Part shown: one piece after another, positions 8,929 to 17,312 of the stretch
Position numbering within the stretch: the first letter of the stretch is position 1
How the letters are laid out: each line of letters opens with the position of its first letter
NCBI GenBank assembly: GCA_018985225.1
Contig: JADGIF010000147.1
Coordinates: 1-17,312, forward strand
Length of the DNA stretch: 17,312 bases
Direction of reading: 5' to 3'
Origin: Amoeboradix gromovi X-113
Taxonomy: Eukaryota; Fungi; Sanchytriomycota
The notes under the pieces: generated by a model
Seen by the model: the letters and a program-made list of their open reading frames with translations, nothing else
Told to the model about the DNA's origin: nothing
Database searches by the model: none
Program-made: the position numbers and the translations under genes

Positions 8929-10701
8929 ATGCAATTGAAGCAAAAGAATAAAAAACATCGAACAAAAGGAAAGACACAAGCAACAAAGCATAATATTTGT
9001 AAGCCAAAGCTATTAGATAAGAGAAGTGCATTCAAGTCCAATCTAGCAGACCTGCAGAACATCAAAATGGTAGGTTATATTGGCACCACCGACGAATTTG
9101 AGTTAGAAGACTTAAGAAAAGCAATTGCAAAGCACAAGATGTCTTTAGTTCACCCAGATGTCAATATATTAGATTACATTCAAGTTGTTGATTATTTAAT
9201 TGTCTTGGATGTTGATGAGCAGTTGCAACAACTTGTGACTCACCAAGGCCACTCTAATATTTACTATTTTGGTGAAAAGAACAAGAACCGATCCGGAAAA
9301 CATTGTACTTCATTGGACAAACTTATGCAGAGTCTAACTAGTTCAGTCCCTAAGCCTCATGCTTATTTAAAGGATAGAGGATTCTCTGTTATTGAGTCAG
9401 TGAACTATGATGAGCAGTCGCAGGAATTGCAACTAAGCGGACTTTGTCGCGGTCCTTGGAATGCCAACCAACTATGTCATATTCCAAACTGCGGCGATTT
9501 TCCAATTTCCAAGATTGTATCATGGCAGAGAGATGATAACATGATGGACTCTGGTACGGTTTTAAGTGTTTCTGACGAGAATTGTGATCAGGCTGTTTAC
9601 ACAGACAATCAAATTCATAGTAATGATACAGATATGGATCTTGGTGAAGTGTATTCAAAGATGGATGATTTAGAAATGGATGAAAAGATTTCAGAAGGCG
9701 AGGAACTGGCTGGCGATTTCAAAGACGGGTTGAGCAATCTTGAAAGAGAGGCGCAATATGAATCTTTTATCCAAAAGCAAGTCCGAGACCATCTTGACTT
9801 CCCGGATGAAATTGAAAATTCAAGAACTGACCTTGCTAGAGAGCTGTATAAGGATTACAGAGGATTAGAGTCATTCAAATCTTCACCTTGGGATCCTTAT
9901 GATAACTTGCCAGAATCTTATTCTCAGCTGTTCGAGTTCAAAGGATACCGAGCTATGAAATGCAAATTTCAAAATGAAGTTAAGAAATCAACAGTGCGAA
10001 ATGTTTTTGCTACTCTTCATATTAAATTTCCCTGCGAATTGTTACAGTCAATCAAAAGTAAACCAATTGTTTGGAATTTATGGCCATTGGAAACAAGAGC
10101 TACAACTGTTAACATGTCCATAATGCCATCTTTGAATTATGACCCTGAAAAGAACCCAATCAAAAGCAATGATGAGTTGATTGTCCAATACGGCTTTAGA
10201 AGGTACAAGATTAATCCGATATTCTCAAAGCAAACCAGCAATTCAAGAAACGATGTGCATAAATTGGATCCGTTCCTGAATAGCGCATGTATTGTATCTG
10301 CTGTATTGCCGGTTACTTTTCAATGCGGTCCAGTTTTGTATTTTAGAGAATCTTGTGGAGTTATGGAGTTCATCGGCAGCGGATGCCTGGAAAACGTGAA
10401 CTTTAAGAGAATAGTAGCACGGAGAATAATATTGACTGCTGATCCATTCAAAGTTAAAGCTACGCATAAGGGTGTCGTTGCTAGATTTATGTTTTTTAAT
10501 GCACAGGATGTTGTTTATTTTAAACCTATAAAGCTGTTTACAAAGTGTGGAAGAAGAGGTAGAATTAAAGAGAGTTTAGGGACACATGGCTACATGAAGT
10601 GCATATTTAATCAGCCAATTCAACACCAAGATACAATCTGTATGGCACTATACAAAAGAGTTTTTCCTAATCCGAATTTTCAACTATACAAAGAAAAATA
10701 A
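8929..10701 (+). CDS. TSR1: Pre-rRNA processing / 40S assembly factor TSR1 (~590 aa)
   Basis: Basic N-terminus, AARP2CN-like L.LSG..RG..NANQLCHIP..GDF.I, then FPDEIE, YRGLESFKSSPWDP..NLP..Y, IKS..ELIVQYGFRR, RFMFFN..DV.YFKP and GRIKESLGTHGYMKC.F. First ATG is 8929. Confidence 0.95.
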   Translation: MQLKQKNKKHRTKGKTQATKHNICKPKLLDKRSAFKSNLADLQNIKMVGYIGTTDEFELEDLRKAIAKHKMSLVHPDVNILDYIQVVDYLIVLDVDEQLQQLVTHQGHSNIYYFGEKNKNRSGKHCTSLDKLMQSLTSSVPKPHAYLKDRGFSVIESVNYDEQSQELQLSGLCRGPWNANQLCHIPNCGDFPISKIVSWQRDDNMMDSGTVLSVSDENCDQAVYTDNQIHSNDTDMDLGEVYSKMDDLEMDEKISEGEELAGDFKDGLSNLEREAQYESFIQKQVRDHLDFPDEIENSRTDLARELYKDYRGLESFKSSPWDPYDNLPESYSQLFEFKGYRAMKCKFQNEVKKSTVRNVFATLHIKFPCELLQSIKSKPIVWNLWPLETRATTVNMSIMPSLNYDPEKNPIKSNDELIVQYGFRRYKINPIFSKQTSNSRNDVHKLDPFLNSACIVSAVLPVTFQCGPVLYFRESCGVMEFIGSGCLENVNFKRIVARRIILTADPFKVKATHKGVVARFMFFNAQDVVYFKPIKLFTKCGRRGRIKESLGTHGYMKCIFNQPIQHQDTICMALYKRVFPNPNFQLYKEK

Positions 10702-10739
10702 ATCATTAAAATAAGAGAACTCCTGTTTATTATGCAGTT

Positions 10740-10922
10740 TTATGAGCGTTTGTATACATTTTGGTAGTACACTCCGATAAAAGGCAATGAGATAGCCACT
10801 GCAGCTCCACCAAAGACATACAAAGCCACTTTCGGTTTTGACTTGGTACTGAAAGGTAAGTGTTCTGTATTCTTATGAGCGTATCTTTTACTGAGTGATT
10901 TAGCCAGGAATGAAATGAACAT
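10740..10922 (-). CDS. Cytochrome c oxidase subunit VIIc (yeast Cox8)-like small mitochondrial protein
   Basis: 60 aa with a basic presequence-like N-terminus (..LSKRYAH), HLPFSTKSK, a single TM helix and LPF..VYYQ..K. Pattern recalled from the COX7C family. Confidence 0.75.
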   Translation of the reverse strand: MFISFLAKSLSKRYAHKNTEHLPFSTKSKPKVALYVFGGAAVAISLPFIGVYYQNVYKRS

Positions 10923-11064
10923 ATCAAAGTTTGTAAACTTCTCCTTGAGAATTTCAGTATTTTATTCCTTCAAGCCGAATTAAAAAGCCTCTCTGGATAA
11001 CTTTTGTTATCACAGGAAAATAAAAGATTATATCCTTCAAGACTTGATATTATCAAAGAATAAT

Positions 11065-11589
11065 ATGGATCTGTTTAGTCGCACGTTCAGAACAATAGGC
11101 CGAATGTTTGAACTTGGTGAACATGGTAGAAAGTTAAACCCTTTAGACTGCTTTTTAAATAGCACGGATGAGCTAGATTTGTTTCCTCCATTTCATCTGC
11201 CGTATATCCAGGATCTTATGGCACCAATTCCGATAACACCTAGTTCATCGGCTGATTTTGAACACATGGACGATAAACGATTTTCGTGTCCACACCCTGA
11301 CTGCCCAAAGGTATTTGCGAGACTTCATAATCTCAAATCACATTATTTAATTCATACAAATGATCGCCCGTATGTTTGTAAAAGTTGTAACATGGCTTTT
11401 AGAAGAAACCACGATCTCAGAAGACATGAAAGATTGCATACTGGCTTAAAGCCTTTTGCTTGCCACCAATGTGGAAAGCGTTTTTCTAGAAGTGATGCAC
11501 TAAAGAGACATCAAAAGGTTGAAATGTTAAATCAGCAAAAGAGTGTAGAGAATTTAATGATGAATCTACCACCACCTAACTTTGACTAA
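11065..11589 (+). CDS. C2H2 zinc-finger transcription factor (3 fingers)
   Basis: FSCPHPDCPKVFARLHNLKSHYLIH, YVCKSCNMAFRRNHDLRRHERLH, TGLKP linker, FACHQCGKRFSRSDALKRH. First ATG is 11065 (alternative 11104). Confidence 0.92.
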   Translation: MDLFSRTFRTIGRMFELGEHGRKLNPLDCFLNSTDELDLFPPFHLPYIQDLMAPIPITPSSSADFEHMDDKRFSCPHPDCPKVFARLHNLKSHYLIHTNDRPYVCKSCNMAFRRNHDLRRHERLHTGLKPFACHQCGKRFSRSDALKRHQKVEMLNQQKSVENLMMNLPPPNFD

Positions 11590-11651
11590 TAAGTAAGGAC
11601 AATAAATAGTGTAAATTTTACAACGCGAGTTACTTTTTTCTTACATTGCTC

Positions 11652-12512
11652 ATGATTAAAAGATACTTGAGCAAAATAGTTGTTATTGGTGCTGGTCAAA
11701 TGGGTAGTGGTATAGCATATGTTAGTGCTGTACGTGCTAAGAAGGACACTGTCTTAGTAGATCAACCAAGCGTACTAGAAAAGGCCGAGAAGTATTTTGA
11801 TGAGTTATTGAAAAAAGAAGCCACGAAAAACAAACTGCATGAAAGTTTGGAAACTATCAAAAGCCGAATTCATTTTAATTCCGGTGTAGAGAATGCAGTT
11901 CATTCTGCGGATTTTGTTATCGAAGCAATACCAGAGCATTTTGAATTAAAACAGGATTTATTCAAAAAGATTGACAAGAATTTACCAAAACATGCTATAA
12001 TTGCTTCAAATACTTCTTCTATTCCGATTACAAAACTGGCTGCCATTACTTCTAGACCAGATAAAGTTATTGGTCAGCACTTCATGAATCCAGTACCTGT
12101 CCTGAAACTTTGTGAAATAATTCGTGGATTACAAACTAGTGATGATACTTACAACAAGACTGTGGAACTGACAACTCTGATGATGAAAACAATAACGACT
12201 TCAATGGACGTTCCTGGTTTCATAGCAAATAGACTACTCTGCCCTTATATCAATGAGGCCATCATAGCATTAGAGCAAGGTGTTGGTACAAAGGAAGACA
12301 TTGATAATACGATGACCCTTGGAATGGCACATCCTATGGGTCCTTTGAAGTTAGCAGATTTAATTGGATTGGATACAGTCCTAAACATAATGAACATTTT
12401 GCATGCAGAATTGGGTGACAAATACAGGCCTGCTACCTTGCTGAAGTCCTTGGTATCTGCAAACAGGTTAGGAAGAAAGTCAGGTCATGGGTTTTACATC
12501 TATAATAAATAA
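11652..12512 (+). CDS. 3-hydroxybutyryl/3-hydroxyacyl-CoA dehydrogenase
   Basis: Rossmann VIGAGQMGSGIA, DFVIEAIPE...K, ASNTSSI, catalytic HFMNP, PGFIANR, HPMGP..LAD.IGLD, LGRKSG.GFY. First ATG is 11652. Confidence 0.96.
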   Translation: MIKRYLSKIVVIGAGQMGSGIAYVSAVRAKKDTVLVDQPSVLEKAEKYFDELLKKEATKNKLHESLETIKSRIHFNSGVENAVHSADFVIEAIPEHFELKQDLFKKIDKNLPKHAIIASNTSSIPITKLAAITSRPDKVIGQHFMNPVPVLKLCEIIRGLQTSDDTYNKTVELTTLMMKTITTSMDVPGFIANRLLCPYINEAIIALEQGVGTKEDIDNTMTLGMAHPMGPLKLADLIGLDTVLNIMNILHAELGDKYRPATLLKSLVSANRLGRKSGHGFYIYNK

Positions 12513-12552
12513 GTTTTCAGATTTTATCTCAAAAATGAATTTATTAAATTAC

Positions 12553-13065
12553 TTACCGACGGATCTCGGGAATTAGTATTGAATCTTGCTCTACTACTCT
12601 ATTAATAGAAACAGGCATTTCTGCAATAATTTGTTGAATTCTCTCCAGCACATTGTCATCCAGTAACGAGTCCGCTATCCTAGAAACACCATCAACTAGC
12701 TTAGATAGCTTTAACTCATATTCCTTAAACTTGTTCTGTTTCTGCTGCTCTGATTGCCAAAATTCTGTGATAATATCTTTGTCAAGTATGTTGCATTCCT
12801 CTTCCCAGCTGCAAAAAGCTAATGGGCAGTCAAGCCACTGCACAAAATATTCAAATGAGTTGCTGTCGTCGTTATATCTGTATTTCAATATTTTCTCCAC
12901 ATAATAGATGTTATTATCGTCAGTTATTTCTAGAATATCATCTGTAGTCTCAAGAATGTCCTCAGCGTCTTCCTGATCTGAAATTAATTGGCTATGAAAT
13001 GATGATGTTGAGTGCATGAAAAAATCAAAACAAAAGGGAGTTGTGATACCAAAATAAGAGTTCAT
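12553..13065 (-). CDS. Chromodomain-containing protein
   Basis: Acidic stretch followed by YYVEKIL..R......EYFVQW.......SWE...NI....I.EF, with aromatic cage positions present. Short helical C-terminus. Start codon uncertain. Confidence 0.85.
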   Translation of the reverse strand: MNSYFGITTPFCFDFFMHSTSSFHSQLISDQEDAEDILETTDDILEITDDNNIYYVEKILKYRYNDDSNSFEYFVQWLDCPLAFCSWEEECNILDKDIITEFWQSEQQKQNKFKEYELKLSKLVDGVSRIADSLLDDNVLERIQQIIAEMPVSINRVVEQDSILIPEIRR

Positions 13066-13085
13066 ATTGAAAGATTTTAAAATAT

Positions 13086-14276
13086 TTATTCTGCAACCTC
13101 AACTTCTTGAACTTCTACATCCTTCTTTAAAGTACCCAAGAACTGTGATTTTTCAGTAGCAGTCTGAAATCTTCCATGACCAAATTTAGATGCTGTATCG
13201 ATGAACTTGACAGTGACTTCTTCCAACGCATCTCTACTTGAGTGAGTCAATAATGATTTTCTTAATGTAATCACACGCTTGGTAACTCCAACAATGGAGC
13301 CCTTGATCATCATAAAATCTTCGCTAACGTATCCATAATGAGGGAATCCTCCTAAAGGTGTAATCGACTTCTCAGTCATATCAAAACTAGTAGTAGCAGA
13401 TTTTGAGTCAGACCCATTGGAGATTCTGTAAACTTTTTTGTTAGCTTCCACTCTGTGATGATAACCATTTTGACCAGCGCGAGGAACTGAATACATAACT
13501 CGGGAAGGATGCCATGCACCGATACAAGCAACCTTACGCAAACCTCTATGTGTCTTTCTTGGTAACTTTTTGGTTCCCCATCTGTGCGTAACACCTTCAT
13601 TACCGTGTCCTTTGGTGATTGAAATAGCGTCAACCAGCTCGTTCTCAGTAAATACACTTTTGACATCGATTTCCTTTTCTAAATGCTCCTTAGCCCATTG
13701 CAACTTTTCGGCAATAGATCCGCCATTTAATTGAATTTCTAAAATATGTGCCTTTTTCTGACCAATCTTTGCTTTCTTGATCTGAGTGTGGGCTACAACG
13801 CGCACAATAGTACAGTACTTTTCAATTTTCTTTAATTCTGCTTCAATTTTTTGCGGCTCTTTCTCGTACTTTTGAGCATACTTTGTAAATGCTTTCTTTT
13901 TGGATTTGTACCAGTTCTTGTAGAATCTTCTTAGACACTCTTCATTAATATGCTCAGCCCAGACTGTTGTCAATGATCTCAAACCTTTTGGAGTCTCAAT
14001 ATATCCAACAACACCTACAATAACAATAGGAGGTGTCTCGATAATTGTAACGGGTTCAACAACTTCTTTCTTGTGGACTCTGCTGCCAGGTCGATCGACA
14101 TCTCTGACAATATGGGACATACCGGCTTTGTATCCAATAAATGCGGTTAAGTGGACTGGTTTTGAAGGATCATCTTTTGGGAATGACTTGATCTTACCCT
14201 TTCCTTTCTTGCAACGCTTTCTAGGTAAAAATCCTAAGGATCCATGTCGAGGTTGTTCAAACTTACGATGAGACAT
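13086..14276 (-). CDS. RPL3: 60S ribosomal protein L3 (uL3), cytosolic eukaryotic type, intronless
   Basis: [65 protein letters not shown]. True ATG is 14276. Confidence 0.99.
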   Translation of the reverse strand: MSHRKFEQPRHGSLGFLPRKRCKKGKGKIKSFPKDDPSKPVHLTAFIGYKAGMSHIVRDVDRPGSRVHKKEVVEPVTIIETPPIVIVGVVGYIETPKGLRSLTTVWAEHINEECLRRFYKNWYKSKKKAFTKYAQKYEKEPQKIEAELKKIEKYCTIVRVVAHTQIKKAKIGQKKAHILEIQLNGGSIAEKLQWAKEHLEKEIDVKSVFTENELVDAISITKGHGNEGVTHRWGTKKLPRKTHRGLRKVACIGAWHPSRVMYSVPRAGQNGYHHRVEANKKVYRISNGSDSKSATTSFDMTEKSITPLGGFPHYGYVSEDFMMIKGSIVGVTKRVITLRKSLLTHSSRDALEEVTVKFIDTASKFGHGRFQTATEKSQFLGTLKKDVEVQEVEVAE

Positions 14277-14385
14277 TATTACTTCAATTGTTGAAATGCA
14301 AAATAATTTGTTAAACACGTGGGCTGACCAATTATGTATCGATGAACCCTTTCTCTATAATTAATCGAAGGAGGCCACAGTTTGA

Positions 14386-14451
14386 AGCTGTAATGATGAA
14401 TGTGAAATTTACATGAACTTTATGATTATAAATTCCTCGTCCTGAGCAGCT
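14386..14451 (+). ncRNA. Box C/D snoRNA, probable 18S rRNA 2'-O-methylation guide
   Basis: Terminal stem AGCTG (14386-90) / CAGCT (14447-51). Box C ATGATGA 14393-99, D'-like ATGA 14413-16, C'-like ATGATTA 14422-28, box D CTGA 14442-45. Guide AATTCCTCGT (14431-40) is the reverse complement of the conserved 18S sequence ACGAGGAATT. Confidence 0.82.
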
Positions 14452-14469
14452 CAATGTAAATCAAATCTT

Positions 14470-14760
14470 TCAATAAAAAATATAAAATTTATTTCCTGGC
14501 CCAAACTCAGTGTTGTCTGTAACATTTAGTGTTGAATTGTAATTTCCATCTTTAACACTAACCAAATATGATATCGTATCCTTGGTATCAATCTCTTCTA
14601 AAAATTCTTCGCCCTTTCTATTCCTGCGCTTACGAGGCTGCTTGGTGAGAATTCTATCAATTGTCTTCTGTGTTTCTTCATCTCTTTTACGTCTTAGGTC
14701 GTCTCTTCTTTTAGTTAACGAAATTTCTTTTTTCTGTTCTTCGGTAGTCAATTTCATCAT
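14470..14760 (-). CDS. Ies2/INO80B-like PAPA-1 domain protein (minimal, 96 aa)
   Basis: KLTTEEQ...KRR..LRRKRDEE..KTIDRILTKQPRKRR resembles the PAPA-1 motif (LTEEE..RRR..EKR.EE.K..TI.KLL.KQ). An in-frame TGA four codons upstream fixes the start at 14760 or 14757. Confidence 0.65.
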   Translation of the reverse strand: MMKLTTEEQKKEISLTKRRDDLRRKRDEETQKTIDRILTKQPRKRRNRKGEEFLEEIDTKDTISYLVSVKDGNYNSTLNVTDNTEFGPGNKFYIFY

Positions 14761-14986
14761 GAAACCCCATCAATCATCGAAGACAGAAAAAGTTGAATCA
14801 AAAAAGATTCACGACATTGAAGAAGAATTGCGTCAATTTGATCTAAATTTAAAATACGGGCCATGTATTGATTTAACTAGGATGGAAAGATTTCAAAGAG
14901 CGGAAAAGTTTAACTTGAATCCTCCTCAAAATATCAAGAAGTATTTAGAGAATGTTCCTAACAGTGTGCTGAAGAAAGCGTTTTAA
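14759..14986 (+). CDS. POLD4: DNA polymerase delta subunit 4 (POLD4/Cdm1)-like, 75 aa
   Basis: LRQFDL..KYGPC...TRMER..RA....LNPP is the POLD4 family signature. The only ATG upstream of the motif is 14759; the longer 14582 ORF starts at TTG. Confidence 0.85.
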   Translation: MKPHQSSKTEKVESKKIHDIEEELRQFDLNLKYGPCIDLTRMERFQRAEKFNLNPPQNIKKYLENVPNSVLKKAF

Positions 14987-15033
14987 AATAAAAACATGTT
15001 TTTTTGCAGTTTTAACGAAAACGGTTGTCGTAA

Positions 15034-15484
15034 GCATAAGAGACGTCAAATTTAAAACTAGACTAAGTCGAAAAATCCAAAGTATTATATGTTTGGGCTC
15101 ATCCATAGACGAGACATGAAGTTTAATTTTACACCAAGCATTTGAACTATTTGATTTTACAAGACTAAAAATAAATTTTTATTTAATACTCTTACATGTG
15201 GGACATCAAAATAAAGACTACTAACTTTCTGAAGTAGTTTGAATCATTATTTCAATTGTGTATTAACCGATAGTAAGTTACATTAAATTAATCCTATTGG
15301 TTGCACCTTTTGCTTAGACACTCAAAGACCTTATTTGAAAGATATAGTGGGTCATCTTGTTTTATTTTAAAGAGGGAAATGACATTAATGAAAGAAGGAC
15401 TTTTATTAATAATAGTATTTCCTCCTTATTGAGCACCTACTTTAAAAACAACTTGGTCTAGTTTTTATATTTTGGTGTCCCATA
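15034..15484. mobile_element. Degenerate non-autonomous TIR element (MITE-like), possibly nested
   Basis: Left-facing TIR-like copies at 15034-15070 (GCATAAGAGACGTCAAATTTAAAACTAGACTAAGTCG) and 15199-15226 (TGGGACATCAAAATAAAGACTACTAACT). An inverted copy ends at 15484. The right part is repeated at 3-159. AT-rich and non-coding. Confidence 0.6.
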
Positions 15485-15584
15485 AGTAGGATCATAATTG
15501 GCTACATGTTCGATTAATCCTTGGAAAAAATTATGCACATGCTGGTTACTGTCTTGTTCTCCCAAATGGTAGGATAAAACAAAT

Positions 15585-17312
15585 ATGAAAAAACTAAAAA
15601 CATCAAGTGAGGAATTAACTTTTAATATGAATGAAGACTGGGTGTTTGAAAACCAGAATCTAAATCATTGCAAAGGCAGTCCTGCTGTAGACGCATCGAT
15701 TATTATCAATAGAAGATTTCATTTTGAATTTGATGTTGCCGTAGAGACAGATAACACTCTGCTGGACCCTGATATAGCACTTAATAAGTGCGGGTACAGT
15801 AGTATTACCTTTAAAAACTCTGCTTTCTCGCCCCATAAAGTCATAAAACTAACAAGGCCAATGCTGAGGGATATTTTGAAGAAGTCTGACATATTGGATA
15901 GAATCGACGAGTTGTGGAGTCTAGTAGATGGTTTTTACCACCTAGTTACAAATGGCAAGAACTGCATTGATAAGGGAAAGATTATTGAAAAGAAAGATTT
16001 TAAAATTCGAGTCTGTGGAGGTGCCACAGGTATTGGCAAAACCAAACTTCTCTATGAGCTGAGGTCTATATTTAGCAACAAGAAGCACTTTGAAGATGTC
16101 AAACCGATACTTCTCACCTTCAACTCAGAAACGCCCTATACAAAAGCTGAAGGTATATTCACCATGGAGTAAGCTGTGAATCCCAGAATAGCTTGCGCGC
16201 TAGTTCAATATACTGGTGCTGATGCCTTGCGTATTGCCTATGATTCCAATAAATTGAGGCTTAGTGACATCTTTCCAAATCCCCCAAAGGTCATTGTGCT
16301 GCTAATTGATGAGTTTAACAATATACATGAGCATAGACTAGCTGAATTTGTGAAATATTGTCGTAGACTGATGACTCCAGCCCCTAAAAAACCTTTAATC
16401 ATCATATACACAGCGGGCACTTTGCCAGGTAAATTAGATGAAATATTCACTCAATCAAAATGCCCGGGTCTTTTAACGCCAATCTCTGCATTGAAAATGG
16501 AAACCATAATTAAAGACCTGAAAGCCAATAGCATGCATTTGCGAAAATAGATGTACAGGGCTCTTCAAGATATCTGAGGTATTCCAAGATTGTATATTAC
16601 CTTGAAAAGTCAGGCAAGTCTACCTACTACCTATGATAAAGGCATTGATATACTTCTTTGCCAGTCTACTATTCCAAAAGAGCCACCATCATATGTACTG
16701 GATGTAATTGTGCCTTATTCCTTGTTGGAATATCCAGTTATTACGACCACTATCTTTTGGGACGATTACATTTCCAAAGGGCAGGCACTCCTATACCCAT
16801 TAGAAGGATATCAAAACCCAACAGGAGAAAGTCCATGATCGTTAGTGAAATTTCCATTTTATTGGTTGGAAAAGACGGCCGAGTATTATAGACATACTCC
16901 AGATGAATGGGCATTGCTTATTAGCTGGCTGTACTGGAGAAGAGACCCCTCTATCAATGGTTTTGTATTTGAGGATATTGCCTCAATGTGGATCTCTTTA
17001 CGCACGTGGCTATTCTCAAAGATATCCGAACGATTAGGAAAAGTGCAATTCTCCAAATATATTGGAATCAACGACTTGGAATGGTTGGATTTTGACTTTG
17101 ACATTGAAGCAGCGTATTTGTACTCGACTCGTTCCCAAATCACAATAAATGGTATTGAGGGTGTATGTCGTTGGAGAAGAGAAGAATCTGTGGTACCTAA
17201 GTTGCCATTTATCGTAAACTGCGCTTCAAAACAGCCAGGGATAGATGCCGTGCAGACTTTGTTTGATAAACAGGGCAATTTGATTTTGGTAATCTATCAG
17301 TTTAAGTTATGT
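15585..17312 (+). pseudogene. Crinkler(CR)-type P-loop NTPase + PD-(D/E)xK restriction-endonuclease-fold gene, inactivated, runs off window end
   Basis: One reading frame with Walker A GATGIGKT, Walker B VIVLLIDEF, DI*GIPR, GFVFEDI and N..KQPGIDAV..LILVIYQFK. In-frame stops at 16170 (TAA), 16548 (TAG), 16575 (TGA) and 16836 (TGA). Confidence 0.75.

Noticed and set aside
11652-12512. Recent bacterial HGT of the hbd-like dehydrogenase or the USP gene
   Set aside because: Both families are widespread in eukaryotes and their composition looks like that of neighbouring genes. The claim cannot be supported without a phylogeny.
12549-12558. TACTTACC resembling the U1 snRNA 5' end, or a GTAAGT donor at the chromodomain stop
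   Set aside because: No U1 stem-loop motifs follow, and there is no consensus acceptor ~20 nt downstream.
14319-14383. Possible H/ACA RNA ending ACAgtt just before the C/D snoRNA
   Set aside because: I could not build a convincing two-hairpin fold or find an H box.
16153-16173. 21-nt GT..AG segment that would remove the first pseudogene stop
   Set aside because: It has no TTAAY branch motif and ends in AAG, and three further stops remain.

Overview
This window is a very compact, AT-rich eukaryotic nuclear segment that uses the standard genetic code. The gene content suggests an early-diverging fungus or relative (inference only). It holds 13 apparently intact protein genes: a Slo/BK-type K+ channel, a universal stress protein, KAT14/CSRP2BP-like, an MFS sugar porter, PAN3, TSR1, COX7C/Cox8-like, a C2H2 zinc-finger TF, 3-hydroxyacyl/butyryl-CoA dehydrogenase, a chromodomain protein, RPL3, Ies2/INO80B-like and POLD4-like. 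Several gaps between genes are only 7-60 bp, and two divergent genes overlap at their start codons (CATG, 14758-14761). The ORF track misses ultrashort spliceosomal introns. Two are required to rebuild conserved proteins (20 nt in KAT14-like, 21 nt in PAN3), and a third 21-nt candidate is in frame in the K+ channel; all three end in TTAAYWTAG. A box C/D snoRNA with an 18S-complementary guide lies upstream of RPL3 on the opposite strand. A diverged TIR-like repeat occurs at the window start and again at ~15.0-15.5 kb. The second copy sits next to a Crinkler-type NTPase + PD-(D/E)xK nuclease pseudogene with four in-frame stops and no frameshift. A ~740-bp hairpin-rich gap (5502-6241) remains unexplained.
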